Shown here: piece by piece, positions 37,073 to 51,034 of the stretch
Layout: the number at the start of each line of letters is the position of its first letter
How positions within the stretch are numbered: the first letter of the stretch is position 1
The notes under the pieces: model-generated
What the model saw: the letters and a program-made list of their open reading frames with translations, nothing else
Database searches by the model: none
What the model was told of the DNA's origin: nothing
Source of the DNA: Eledone cirrhosa
Lineage: Eukaryota
DNA length: 64,000 bases
Assembly (NCBI GenBank): GCA_964016885.1
Contig: OZ024751.1
Span: 17,236,001-17,300,000 of the forward strand
Reading direction: 5' to 3'
Made by a program: the position numbers and the translations under genes

Positions 37073-37936
37073 GCATACGCACACACATGCATACACAGAC
37101 ATGCACACACATTCATACGCACACACATACGCACGCACATACGTACATATATACTTACATGCATACATGCATACATACATAAAAACATTAAGATACTATA
37201 GATTTCTTAAATCAATAAATATCTTTACAAATGTTTCAACACAATTTATTTAACAAATACTCTTGAAACAAGAATATGATATAAATCGATGTAACGTATA
37301 TTGAACATAATAACGTATCGTTAAATTGTGGTAATATAATTGATAAAATATATATATATATACTTCAGATTATATACATATATACAAAGCTGTATACACA
37401 TATACTTACATAAATACATACATAGATACAAAAAAAACACGCATACTTAAATACTTGCATACATATATACATACAGACACAGCTACATCTATGCTTACGT
37501 ACATATATACATACATATACATATACACACATATATACATATATACATACGTAGTCACACACGTACATACACACAGGCACATATATATATATGTATATAC
37601 ACCTACATCCACACACCAATGCATACATTGATACATACATAAATAGATACACACATACATTCATAGAAATATATTTACAGTGTCTCACCCCGTTTGACCC
37701 TAACATCTCCTACGCCATTAAAAATGTATATCCTAAATAGTTACGGTTCTATTAACTGATGAAGAATGGAAGTAATTAGATACAAAAGTAGGTAATTAAT
37801 TCCAAATGATCGTTGTATTTCTTTAAAAATTAATTCGAAGATATATATGTATGTGTATGTGTTTGTATTTAAATATATATATATATACATGTATATGTAT
37901 TTAAATATATGTCTATATATATGTGTGTGTATTTAA

Positions 37937-37972
<36 letters not shown>

Positions 37973-38019
37973 ATTTAATTATATATGTGTATATATATAT
38001 AGATGTGTGTGTGTCTATT

Positions 38020-38055
<36 letters not shown>

Positions 38056-38225
38056 TTTAAATAATGTTTAAATTTTGTTTCAGTTTATTGAATCAGAAGC
38101 TATTTGTAAAAAAATCATATGTATAACAATATCTCTCCATCCCCCTCTCCCCCCACAACCCTTTCTCTCCCCCTCACACTCTTCTTCTTTTCCATTGGCA
38201 TTCTCAAACGTATTCCCGCTTTCTA

Positions 38226-40165
38226 GACATGCGCAATCCCGACCAGGTCCATACACGACAACCTCCACCTAATGCGATTCATCATTGAGAAGATAGGGTG
38301 TAAACCCGGCTTCGGTGGGGCCCTGCTCAACTTGGATCTGTTTAAGGCTTTCCATAGGGTTGACCATCGTTACATGGATGCGGTGCTTGAAGCGGCAGGC
38401 TTCGGACCCGTGTTCAGGGGCTGGATTGCTGCAATGCACAACAGCAACATCTGCTCAAGGGTCAAGGTGAACGGCTTCCTCTCGGAGCCGTTCCATATCA
38501 CGCGATCCATCCGACAGGGATACCCTCTCTCCTCCCTTCTGTACGTACTGACTCTCGAGCCACTACTGCGGAAGTTGGAGCTATTGCAGGACATCCCATT
38601 AGAACCGGGACTGCGGAAAGTGGCGTCGGCCTATGCCGACAACTTGACAGTAATGGTGTCGAGCACCTCGCAAATCGAGGAGTTCGGCACCTTACTGAAG
38701 GCATACAAAAGGTTCACAGGAGCGATGCTGAACCGAGACAAGTCCGTCGGTTTGCAACTAGGATCGTGGAGAGGCAACTGGAACGAGGTGACGGCCAAGG
38801 TGTTTGCGCTCACCCAGAAGTGGGCCGAGTGCAAACTATCCTTGAAAGGTAGAGCAGAGGAGGCGTACACTTTTATAGCGTCCGTCATCTACTACCGCTT
38901 GACTGACGTGCCTTTTCCAGCCAAAACGCTCACCAAAATGGAGCGCGCGCTCTTTCAATTCCTTTGGAAGAAACGGGCTCCTTTGGTGAGAAGATCTATC
39001 TGCTGCAAAAACCCTTCCAACGGAGGCCTGGGGATGCCTTTGCTCACGAGGCACAAACGCGCGCTCAGGCTGCAGCATCACTACATATTCCTCACCAGAC
39101 AACCGGTGTGGGCCCCGTTCGTGAGGCGAGCCTTCCCACGAGTCGTTTCGCTGACCGAGTTGCAGTCCTGGGTCAAGCAAAGACCGAGGAAAATGGGCGA
39201 CTGGCACATCGAATCTGCTCAGACGCTCACAGCCCTCTGGCAGGCGGACCCGGCAATCAGTAGAGACTCCACTTTGTCATTCTATAGAGGGTTGATCCGC
39301 AGCAAGTGCGACCACGCGCTCGGAGAAACTCCGGGCGTAGAGGAAGACGAACTGGCAAGTCTGTTAGGTAGGACCTTCTGCCCAGGAACGCTGGACAACT
39401 TTCAAAAGTCCCTGGACTCGCAGTGCTACGAGGAGCTCAACCAGTTCGAGACAACTCTACAGACATGGCCGCCCTAGCAGGGAACCTTCGAAAAAGATCT
39501 GTCCGTGATGCGTGCGAGACGAAGAACCCGTCGCGCACGCATTCGTACACTGCCCGGGCTTTACCGACCTGTGGGGCTATGTTGAACGACTATTGTCGCG
39601 GGTGGGACCAATCCGGTTGACCACCGAGTGCATGGTCATGATCAAACCGCCACCCCTCTTCAAAAACGAAAGGAGAGGCGGTTTTCCTTTGTGTGATAGC
39701 TATGGCGAAAGAGGTACTATGGTGGACGAGGTTAAAAGGGCTGAGCTCAGACACTTTTCTCTCAGGCCAGCAACTGATTCTTTTTTACAAATACCACTTT
39801 GGAAGAAGAATCAGGATGGAGAGAGAGGTGCTGTACCCCAGCAAGTTTTATGAAAGGTGGGTGAAAGTGGCGAGAATGGCCCGAGTGAATGGGCCTTCTC
39901 TCTATATCAGCCTGTAGGTTGAGGAAAAAGAGGAAGAGAGGAAAGGGGTACTCACTCTTTGTACTCCTGGAGATGAGGGTTGCACATTTTTTTCTGGAGG
40001 GGGGGGTATATTTTACCCATATGTAATGTCTACCTTTATTTGGGAAAATTCGATTAATCTTTAAATTGCATTTGTGATTGTATTTTACACATTTTTATTG
40101 TATGTAAACTTCCCCCTTTGTATTTGTCCCCTTCTTTTGTTCCCCTGTGGCTAATAAAGAAACAT
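38226..40165 (+). mobile_element. 5'-truncated Tx1/L1-clade LINE (RT, zinc knuckle, 3' UTR), decayed
   Basis: ORF 38272-39477 has LDLFKAFHRVDH, SIRQGYPLSSLLY, AYADNL (YADD mutated) and LSLKGRA. Frameshifted E...HAFVHC follows. It ends AATAAAG plus a TCTA-rich tract. Confidence 0.9.
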
Positions 40166-40319
40166 ATCTTTCTATCATGCACCCATCTATCTATATATCT
40201 ATCATTCATCTATCTATCTCTCAGTCATCTATCTTTCTATCATCCATTTATCTATCTATCTATTCATATAACTATCTATATATCTACCTATTCATATCCT
40301 TAATTATCTATTTATCTAT

Positions 40320-42535
40320 GGGCATGGACGCCGAGATCACAGCCACTGAGGTACGGGACGCTCTGTGCCGCTGCGGGAAACGGAAATCACTCGGTCTAGA
40401 TGGTCTACTCTATGAGTTTTACATAGGCATGCCGGATTTGTTCTCTGGCGTCCTCGAAGCCGTCTGCTGAAACTGGTAACAGAACGGGAGAATTCCCAGT
40501 TCTGCAGGCAGGGGCGTAGTAACGCTGATCAGGAAAGACGAGAACAAGGGGGCCGAAATAAGCAACTTTAGGCCCATAACTCTGCTCAACATAGAATTAA
40601 AGATTTTGGCCTATGTGTTGGCAACGAGGCTGACGCTTGTCGTCGAGAACACGGTAGGGAAAGCGCAGACGTGTGCAATCCCGACCAGGTACATACAAGA
40701 CAAGCTCCACCTCATGCGATGCATCATCGAGAGGATAGGGTGTAAACCCGGCTTCGGTGGGGCTCTGATCAATTTAGATCAGTCTAAGGTGATCGATAGG
40801 ATCGACCATCGATATTTGGAAGCGGTTCTCAAGGCGGCCGGTTTCGGAGCCGTCTTCAAAGGCTGGATCGCTGCAATGCACACCAACATCTTCTCGGCGG
40901 TCAAGGTGAACAGCTACCTATCGGAGCCGTTCGGAATCACGCGTTCCATCCGACATGGATGCCTACTCTCCTCCATTCTGTACGTTGGGAGTCTAGACCC
41001 ACTAGCTCCTGCATGGCATCCCGTTGGAACCGGGACTCCTGAAAGCGGCGGCGGCCTATGCCGACGACGTGACAGTAATGGTGTCGGAAACCTCGGAAAT
41101 CGGGGCGAACGGTAACTAACTGCAGGGATACGAAAGGCACACAGGAGCAAAACTGGATCCGGACAAGTCTGTCGGTTTGCAACTCGGAACATGGAGAGGG
41201 AAACCGATGCCGTCCGACAGCGTCGTCGGACGCGGGACGGAAGGACCGGTGAAATTGCTCGGGGTCTGGTTCGGTCCGGACCTCCAGGTGGAGAAAAACT
41301 GGAACAAGGTCACGGCCAAGCTATATGCGGTCACCCAGAAGTGGGCAGAGTGCAAACTATCCTTGAAAGGTCGAGCGGTGTTGGCGAAAGCTTTCGTAGC
41401 GTCCGTCATCTACTACCGCTTGACCGTCGTGCCTTGTCCTCGTGAACACCTCACCAAGATAGAGCGCTTGCTCTTCCAGTTCCTTTGGAAGAAGCAGGCT
41501 CCACTGGTGAGGAGATCCGTCTGCTGTCGTCAGCACCCTTCCAACGGAGGGCTGGGAATGCCGTGGCTGATGTGGCGCAAACATGCGCTGAGGCTACGGC
41601 ATCTCCAGGTATTCCTCAACGACCCCCAACCGGTGTGAGCACCGTTTGTGAGACAAACGTTCCGGCAACTTGTCTCGCTGACGGAGCTGCAGTCCTGGGT
41701 CAAGCGCAGACCGAAGAAGATAGGCGTCTCACACATTGAATGCGCTCATGCCCACAGTCCTCTGTCAATAGGGCACGGCAATCAGTGGAGACTCCACTTC
41801 GACATTCTATAGAGGGTTAGTACGTCACAAGGGCGACGACGTGCTCGGAGAGACTCTGGGCGTCGAAGACGACGAGCTCACATGTCTGTTTGGTAGGACT
41901 TTGCGCCCGGGACCTATGGACAACTTCCAGAGGTCCCTTCCTTGGCAGTGCTACCGAGAAACTCTACCAGTTCGAGACAAGATTTACAGGCACGGACGCC
42001 CCGGCAGGGATCCTTCCAAGAGGACGTGTCCAAGATGCGAGCAGGAAATTGAAACCGTCTTGCACGCAATTATACACTGCCCGGGCGTAAATGACCTGTG
42101 AAACTACGCAGATAACTGCGTAAGGGCTAAATCCAGTTGACTGCCGCCAAACCCCCATCCTATTTCAAAAGCGAAAGGGAGGCGATTTTCCTATGTATAG
42201 TGGCTATGGTGAAAGAGGTTATATGGTGGATGAGATTGAGAGGACTGAGGACAGATGCCTTTCTCTCCGGACAACTCCTCATTCCCTTCTTTAGGTACCA
42301 TTTTAGAAGTAGAATCAGAGTGGAGATTGAGGCACTGCATCCCAGTAAATTTACTGAAATTTACTGTTCTATCAATGGGGTATTAAACAAACCATTTGTG
42401 GCGCCTCCGCTATTCGGGATTTCGATTGTTAAATTTGTTTGCTTCAATTTTTTACACGACTGTATGTAAAATCCTCGGCATGTGTCCTTGCATTATCCCC
42501 TTTTCTTGTGCGCCCTTGTGGCAAATAAAGAGATC
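40320..42535 (+). mobile_element. Second Tx1/L1-clade LINE copy (RT domain 0 to 3' end) with several frameshifts
   Basis: KSLGLDGLLYEFY, NFRPITLLN, LDQSKVIDRIDH, TATGCCGACGAC (YADD), VKLLGVWFG and CPRCEQEIETVLHAIIHC. TCTA tracts on both sides. Confidence 0.9.
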
Positions 42536-42575
42536 TATCTATATCTCTATGTATCTATCTGTCTATCTATCTATC

Positions 42576-43105
42576 CGGCCAACAACTGATTCTTTTTTTC
42601 AAATACCACTTTGGAAGAAGAATCAGGATGGAGAGAGAGGTGCTGTACCCCAGCAAGTTTTATGAAAGGTGGGTGAAAGTGGCGAGAATGGCCCGAGTGA
42701 ATGGGCCTTCTCTCTATATCAGCCTGTAGGTTGAGGAAAAGGAGGAGGAGAGGAAATGAGTACATTCGTACTCCTGGAGATGAGGGTTGCACATTTTCTC
42801 GGGGGTATGTGTTAAATATATAAACTGTCTCCCTCTATTGGGGAAAATCGACTAACTTTTTAAATTGCATTTGTGATAACATTTTACACGTTTTTATTGT
42901 ATGTAAACTACCCCCTTTGTATTTGTCCCCTTCTTTTGTGCCCCTGTGCCTAATAAAGTAGCATATCTATCTAGCTATCTATCTATCTATCATTGTTAAT
43001 TTTATATTTGTTATTTGTTTTCTTTACTGGCCTTTTTGTGTAACCCCCCCCCCCCCTTGTATTTCTCCCCTTCTTTTGCGCCCTAGTGGCAATAAATAGA
43101 AATCT
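42576..43105 (+). mobile_element. Two further short Tx1 3'-end copies (42576-42963 and ~43035-43105), each followed by (TCTA)n
   Basis: 42576-42963 is near-identical to 39765-40160. Both end CCCTTCTTTTG..CCC..GTG.C.AATAAA. Confidence 0.85.
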
Positions 43106-43225
43106 ATCTATGTATCTAAAGAAAGATATCTATCTATCGATCTATTCATATAACTATCTATATATACATACCTATTCATATCTGTAATTATCTATTTATC
43201 TATATCTCTATGTATCTATCTCTCC

Positions 43226-43262
<37 letters not shown>

Positions 43263-43812
43263 ACTATTCATATAGCTATCTATATATCTACCTATTCATA
43301 CCCGAGTGAACCCGAGATAAACTTATATAAATATATAAATATATATGTGTGTGTGTGTATGTGCGCGTGTGTGTGTGTGTGTATGTGTGTGTGTGTGTGT
43401 GTATGTGCGTGTGTGTGTATCTGTGTGTGTATTCGTGTCTGCATGCGTGGGTATTTGCGCGAGTGAGTGCTTCTGGGTGTTTTTGTTTGCGCATGTTTTC
43501 ATGCGTGTTTGCAAATGTGTGTGTAATATATATTTACAGCTTCAATCATATACAACATCAAAAGTAGGCACACATTTACATATGCATAAATGCATGCTCG
43601 GACAAACACAGCCGAATGTATACTTAGAATAATACGTAGATGACAAAGCTTGTATGGTTATCAAACTGTTGCTATAACCGTTTGAAATAACATAAAAGTA
43701 ACTATTCACGTTTAGAATATATTACCACAACAGAATTAATAACCTTTTCATGTTCACGAAACCAAACACTTAGATAATCAACATATGTCAAACAGTTCGA
43801 TTCAATGTTAAT

Positions 43813-44155
43813 ATTTGTTTCTACTTTAGGCACAAGGCCAGCAATTACCCAGTACATTACTGGTACTTTATTTTATCGATCCCGTAAGGAGAAAAGGCAA
43901 AGTCAACCTCGGCGGGATGTTAATATTACCATGAAAGTGGGTGAATTAGAAGTATCGGTGGAGCATCGGACAACATGCTTTATGTCATCGTTACGTACGG
44001 CCCTTTACGATCTGAGTTCAAATCATACCGAGTTTAGATTTGCATTTCATTCTTACGGGGTGGATAAAATAAAGTACCAGTAATGCACTGGGTCGATTTA
44101 ATCGAACTTACCCTCCCTCAAAAGTGTTTGCCCTGTGCCTAAATCAGAAACCAAT
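43813..44155. mobile_element. Two divergent Meta-type SINE copies (43813-43918 minus, 43936-44155 plus)
   Basis: Family core on opposite strands, with AATATTACCA duplicated around the plus copy. Confidence 0.85.
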
Positions 44156-44998
44156 ATTACCAAGGAAACAAGATTGATGATTGGCAGATAAAATGCTATT
44201 ACGAAATACGTTTTGGCTCTTTAACTTCATAGTTTAAGTTCCGTCCAGTTAAATCTTTCCATTCAAGCTGCATGCTCCCACAAATCCTAATGGTGTCGTA
44301 GGGCATCATATTGACATACGGCATTTCTAGGGTATTGTTTTAAAATCTGGCGGAGCCTCTTCTCTCCACTCCAGGTCTGTATACTGGAGAATTTCTGTCA
44401 GAAAAAGTGAGTGAGAGAATGGAAGTAAGAAAAAGATTTAGAGGAAGAATCGCCCCCAGTATTTGACTGGTACTTTTGTGATTGACCTCGAAATAAAGTG
44501 CTGGTGGTCGTGGTAGGGTAGGCAACGGGGTTTTAAGAATAACCCCAAAACCAAATTTTAAAAATACAAACATGTTAATGATTTCCAATATTAATAAATG
44601 AAATAAAAAAAAATAAAAAAGATTTAAAAATTTTGTGATTGACCTCGGATGAAAGGCAAAGTTGACCTCAGCAAGATTTCATCTCAGAGAGCAAAGAGCC
44701 GAGGTTCTAAAGCCTCAGCCAATTCCCCGCCTATTCTTTCGTACTACCAACGTCGATAAAATAAAGCACATGTCCATTCAAATACTGGCGTTGATTTACT
44801 CAAATTTGCCATTTCCCCAAATGTGCTTGTATATATATATTGTATGTATACTGTGTATATATGTATATATATATTGTTTGTATATTGTGTATATATGTAT
44901 ATATGTATATTGTGTGTATATGTACCTAATACTAACACTAATACTAACCTGATACTAACACTGTTTCTACTGCACTCTTCGTTGTTGATTTTGCTTTT

Positions 44999-45079
<81 letters not shown>

Positions 45080-45104
45080 TCTAATAAACAACATAAGGCA
45101 ATTA

Positions 45105-45165
45105 TTTCATTTACCAGTGGTTTCTTAAAAGCAAACAAATGTTGCTTTCAATCATCAGAATGAAA
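45105..45165 (-). ncRNA. Type I hammerhead ribozyme, left arm of the palindrome
   Basis: Minus strand: TTTCATT-CTGATGA-TTGAAAGC AACATTTGTTT GCTTTTAA-GAAA-CC ACT GG-TA-AATGAAA. Confidence 0.82.
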
Positions 45166-45258
45166 AAATCCTGGTGTATTTATTGGCATTGGATTTTAAA
45201 AACCATTGGATTTTAAAAGCTTTTTTAAAATCCAATGCCAATAAATACACCAGGATTT

Positions 45259-45319
45259 TTTCATTCTGATGATTGAAAGCAAAATTTGTTCGCTTTTAAG
45301 AAACCACTGGTAAATGAAA
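45259..45319 (+). ncRNA. Type I hammerhead ribozyme, right arm of the palindrome
   Basis: TTTCATT(45259-65), CTGATGA(45266-72), 8-bp stem II TTGAAAGC/GCTTTTAA, GAAA(45300-03), CCACTGG, TA, AATGAAA. GUA cleavage site. Confidence 0.82.
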
Positions 45320-47182
45320 TAATTGCATTATGTTGTTTATTACATAACTATTAAGCTCTGTTACCTACATAGAGCACTCTTTTTTCCTGGACCTTTCCGA
45401 CGGAATTACTTCATTCACACACACACATATATATATATGTTATGTGTATGTGTGTGTGTTGGAGTTACATCGGTTTCACAGGTTCTAGTTTCTCGAACAA
45501 CGGAACTTCCTGCTCGTGAAATTAACGTGCACGTGACTAAGCATTCCACAGTCACGTGTACTTTTAACGTCCATATTTGGGAGAATCAGCAGGACACAAT
45601 GGACGACAAGCCTGTCCCATTTGAATTACAGGCATCATAGAAATACATTTCTGGATTTCAGATTCAGCTGCATTTGAGGTTAAATTGAAAGAAAAATAGC
45701 AAAATTTCCTTTATTTTCTAATTTGAAACAGGTTTAAAAAAAATACGATGTATTTGATAAAATCTTCCTAACAGATGAAGTTTAATCAGAAAAATAGATT
45801 TGAATAAAAAAAAAAATTTCTATAGTGCTCCAGCATTTCTATCATGGTAGTGCTCTATCTATATGTTACTAACAGTCTGTTATTGCTTGCTTGCTAGTAT
45901 GTAATGTAATACACCCAAAAGGGCGCATAATGGGAAAATACTTTGAAATGAAGTTGCCCCTGAAATGGGAATACAAATGAAATAAAACAAGTTATGCGTA
46001 AATCGGACACCGGGTCCCGAGTTATGGGGTTTTTCCGGGTACCTTCATAAACAAAGAGAGAGAAAGATAGAGAGGAAGAGATGGTGGTTGTGAGAGAGTA
46101 GATTGAAAGAGAGACTAGAGAGAGAATGGAAGGGAGAGAGAGCTGGTGCTGATGTTGTGTATATATATATATATGTGAGTGTGTGTATATATATATATAT
46201 ATATGTTTGTGTGAGTGTATGACCAGTGCATATAGATCACAGACACCCACATATATACACACACACACATATATATATGTATAAACACACACACATATAT
46301 ATACATACACATACGTATATATATATGGGCCTTCCAGTTCCTTTTCACATTAAATACACGGCTGTGTATATTTTAATTATTTAAAAATTATTTTTAAGTG
46401 AACATGATTTTTAAAAGATATTTTGAAATGAACGTGACTCGATGGATCACAGGTGGTCTAGTATGTGATAAAACCTTCCTAACAGATGATGTTTACTCAG
46501 GAAAATAAATTTGAATAAAAAAAAAAAAGGATTATATAGAATTTAGAGGCTTGTTCCAGAATTTCTATCATTGTACTGCTCTAGAGAATGTGAAATTGTA
46601 ACAATGACAGAAACTATTGTCAACGTAGTACATGGTAATATTTGTTAATAGATGTTTTTGTTTAAGTGATCATTAGAATTTAAAGAAGGCTATATTTATT
46701 TTATTCTGTTCTTTTTTTTATAATTAGATTTACAATTTGATAATTTAATAATAATGTGCAACCTATATTTATTTATTTATTTATTATTATTTATTTTCGT
46801 TGTTCTATATGAAATCTTTTCATTGAAGATTTTTCAAATAAGGAATAGGGAAATAATCAATTGACTTAAAATGTAAAAATGTTCCTTCTGAAATAAATGC
46901 ATTCAAGTAGAAGAACATAATTATCTAACCTATGCAATATTTAATTGGCAAAATATTCGCATCAACATGTTGTAGACTTTTATCATATTACCCATGTCAG
47001 CTTAATCTATTGCCAATTCTAAACACTATATAGTAACAATAATTGAATTAGCTTCATAGGTGTTTTAGTAGCAAAACTGATGTTATTGCATTCCACTGGC
47101 ATAGAATTTGGTTACAAGTTTTCATAATAATACATTTGACCATGCGGCAAACACATCGTGTTAGATTTGTCTGGGAAATAAT

Positions 47183-47410
47183 TATTTCTACTTTAGGCAC
47201 AAGGCCAGCAATTACCCAGTGCATTATATACACCCGACCCTCTCTATGATGTGTCGCAGGAGGTGGAGGTTGTCATGTATGGACCTGGTCGGGATTGCAC
47301 ACGTTTGCGATTTCCCTACATGTTCTCGACGACAAGCGCCAGCCTCGTTGCCAACACCTCGTTGCTAACACCTTAGCAGCGAGTTGGTACACGTCCAGAC
47401 TATCTGAGAT
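47183..47410 (-). mobile_element. Short Tx1 RT fragment (47229-47410) fused to a SINE tail (47183-47227), beside (GATA)n
   Basis: The reverse complement matches 38226-38290 and 40615-40740 (TCAIPTRSIHDNLHL). Confidence 0.8.
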
Positions 47411-47419
47411 AGAAAGATA

Positions 47420-47943
<524 letters not shown>

Positions 47944-48466
47944 CCCCAGTATGGACTCAGCCCCTCGGCTGGAACAAATAAAATAAAATAAAAATTATAT
48001 ACATGTGTATAACCGTGCGTGTGGGTGCCTATATGTACGTTTTTCCTCTGTGTCTTTATGTATGTCCCATAAATTAGCGGTCAAATAATGACTAAACTTA
48101 GCAAAAAAGTGTTAGCAATGAGTGTTGGGATGGTTTAACTAAATCAAGGCGTGGATCCTGTATGGCCGCAGTCTAATAACTCAAAGTAGTAAAAAATATA
48201 ACGAAGATAATTAAAGAATATTATAGCTGAACATTTACACTGCTAAATATATGCAGAACACAAATGGATATGCTAGAATTTACATAAAGAAAGCAAAGTA
48301 TTGTCAATAGTCGAAATATTACCCGGATTTATCCACATTCGTGCATAAATATTATAACAAAATAAACGAATGAAACCTACAAGGTAAAGGTAGTATTAGA
48401 TATTGATGTGTATAATGGTGTGTAGATACTGTCGCCAGCAAGCACCACAGATTTATTTATGCCACA

Positions 48467-48532
<66 letters not shown>

Positions 48533-48536
<4 letters not shown>

Positions 48537-48830
48537 TAGAGGTATTTAATTTGTTGGAAGTCCGACAAACATAAATGTTTATAACTGATTTAGAGCACTC
48601 AACAGCTTACTGGAGTAAATATTCAATGATATTAAATAAATGGAAACTATATTTATATAACCATATTTATTTTAATATATATATTTCAAGGGCAACCAAG
48701 ACAACATTGGTACGCTTTCATCAGATAAAATACAAAGTCCAGAAAACTGGTCTAGTGCTCTGAATCAGTTATAAACATTTATATTTGTTGACTTGTTGAA
48801 TTACCAACAAATTGAATATCCCGTTTGCTT
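48533..48830. mobile_element. (TA)n-embedded element with ~65-bp inverted arms (48533-48599 and 48754-48830) enclosing a hammerhead
   Basis: ATAAATGTTTATAACTGATTTAGAGCACT pairs with AGTGCTCTGAATCAGTTATAAACATTTAT. Confidence 0.75.
48668..48732 (-). ncRNA. Type I hammerhead ribozyme with intact core
   Basis: Minus strand: TATTTTAT-CTGATGA-AAGCGTACCAA TGTTGTC TTGGTTGCCCTT-GAAA-TATATA-TA-TTAAAATA. Confidence 0.72.
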
Positions 48831-48831
48831 A

Positions 48832-48867
<36 letters not shown>

Positions 48868-48871
<4 letters not shown>

Positions 48872-49055
48872 AAAAGATGAAATCGAAAATGCAGTCTTGT
48901 TTTTAAGAAAATATATATATTTAAAAAAATATATATATTTTTTTAAAATAAGACGCCAGTTGCATTTTCGATTTCATCTTTTTTTCTTTATACTTTCACT
49001 CGTGTAGGACACCTCGGTTATTTTTCATTTTGTTAAAAAAAAACCTCTCTTTCTA
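48868..49055. mobile_element. Family D PLE extreme terminus with an inverted duplication
   Basis: 48930-49050 is the reverse complement of 27130-27245. 48868-48920 is an inverted partial copy. Confidence 0.8.
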
Positions 49056-49209
49056 ATATATATATATACATATATATTAGTTTGTTAGCCTCATATATAC
49101 GGCTGTTATTTCTAGCAGTACGGTTATGAGGCTAGCTAGAAACTAGGAACCATGTGCGTTACACAGTCTTTTAAATTATTTAGAAGTGAAGCATATCAAT
49201 TTGTCCCTG

Positions 49210-49338
49210 GATGTTTACTGAAGAGAGCAGGACATGATATTCCTTACACTTTTTCATCTCGAAACATATTTGGATTTTAAAGTTTAAACTTATCTACGGA
49301 ACAGGTTTGATTTTGAAATTTAAATGTGTCTAAACATC
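49210..49338 (+). ncRNA. Full three-stem type I hammerhead ribozyme with ~27-bp stem III and GUC site
   Basis: Stem I GATGTTTA(49210-17)/TAAACATC(49331-38). CTGAAGA at 49218-24. Stem II is closed by GAG/CTC. GAAA at 49261-64. Stem III pairs 49265-91 with 49303-28. GTC at 49328-30. Confidence 0.85.
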
Positions 49339-49565
49339 ATGGCCATTTGGCAATACAGTTCGTCTTTGTTGATTTATTATTTTAAATCGATATGGACAAA
49401 CTGTAATATTATAATTAGTATACTTCATTCTGACTAAATTCTCTTTTGCAATATAAATACAGGTATGTTGGTATTTGTGTTTCATCATATATATTAGTTT
49501 ATGCACGGCTCAGAAATATTTCTTTCTTTGAGCTAATTTCATTGTAAAAGAATTCATTACACTTA

Positions 49566-49647
<82 letters not shown>

Positions 49648-49799
49648 TTATATGCACTAACACAGGCATATCTGTGTCTGTCTGTGCTGGAGTGTGTGAA
49701 TATGTGTTTGTATACTCTAATGGTAGTTGAAGAAAACTGATGCTTTTTTGCGTTTGCCTTCCGTATCAGATATTCTGTATGCAAATTTGCTAATACACA

Positions 49800-50600
<801 letters not shown>

Positions 50601-50967
50601 GAGGCAAAACAAAAAGAGGGAGAGTAAGAGCTCCATTGAAACACAAAAATAGTTACATACATAAATATATTAGATTTATAGATGTTTGTCCAAGCCATTA
50701 ACGTCTTTAAAGGTACGATCAATAAAATAAACATGTAATTTGATTGTGCTTGTGTATCTAATTTTACAACAAATACACTTTATTCTATGTATTTTTCATC
50801 CCAAGTTGTTTACTGTTCTATGACTCTCGCTGTAACTTCCTCCCACTCAATAATTCTTAATTAGTAAGTAAAGAGAATGCCATAGTAACGCCAAGTAAAG
50901 AATACATCCAATCACACACACTTGATCACACACACACACACACATATATATAGAGAGAGATATTAAC

Positions 50968-51031
<64 letters not shown>

Positions 51032-51034
<3 letters not shown>

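Larger units (their letters stand above)
45074..45350. repeat. ~277-bp near-perfect palindrome adjoining (TA)n
   Basis: TAGTTATCTAATAAACAACATAA... and ...TTATGTTGTTTATTACATAACTA, with arms of ~125 bp. Confidence 0.95.
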
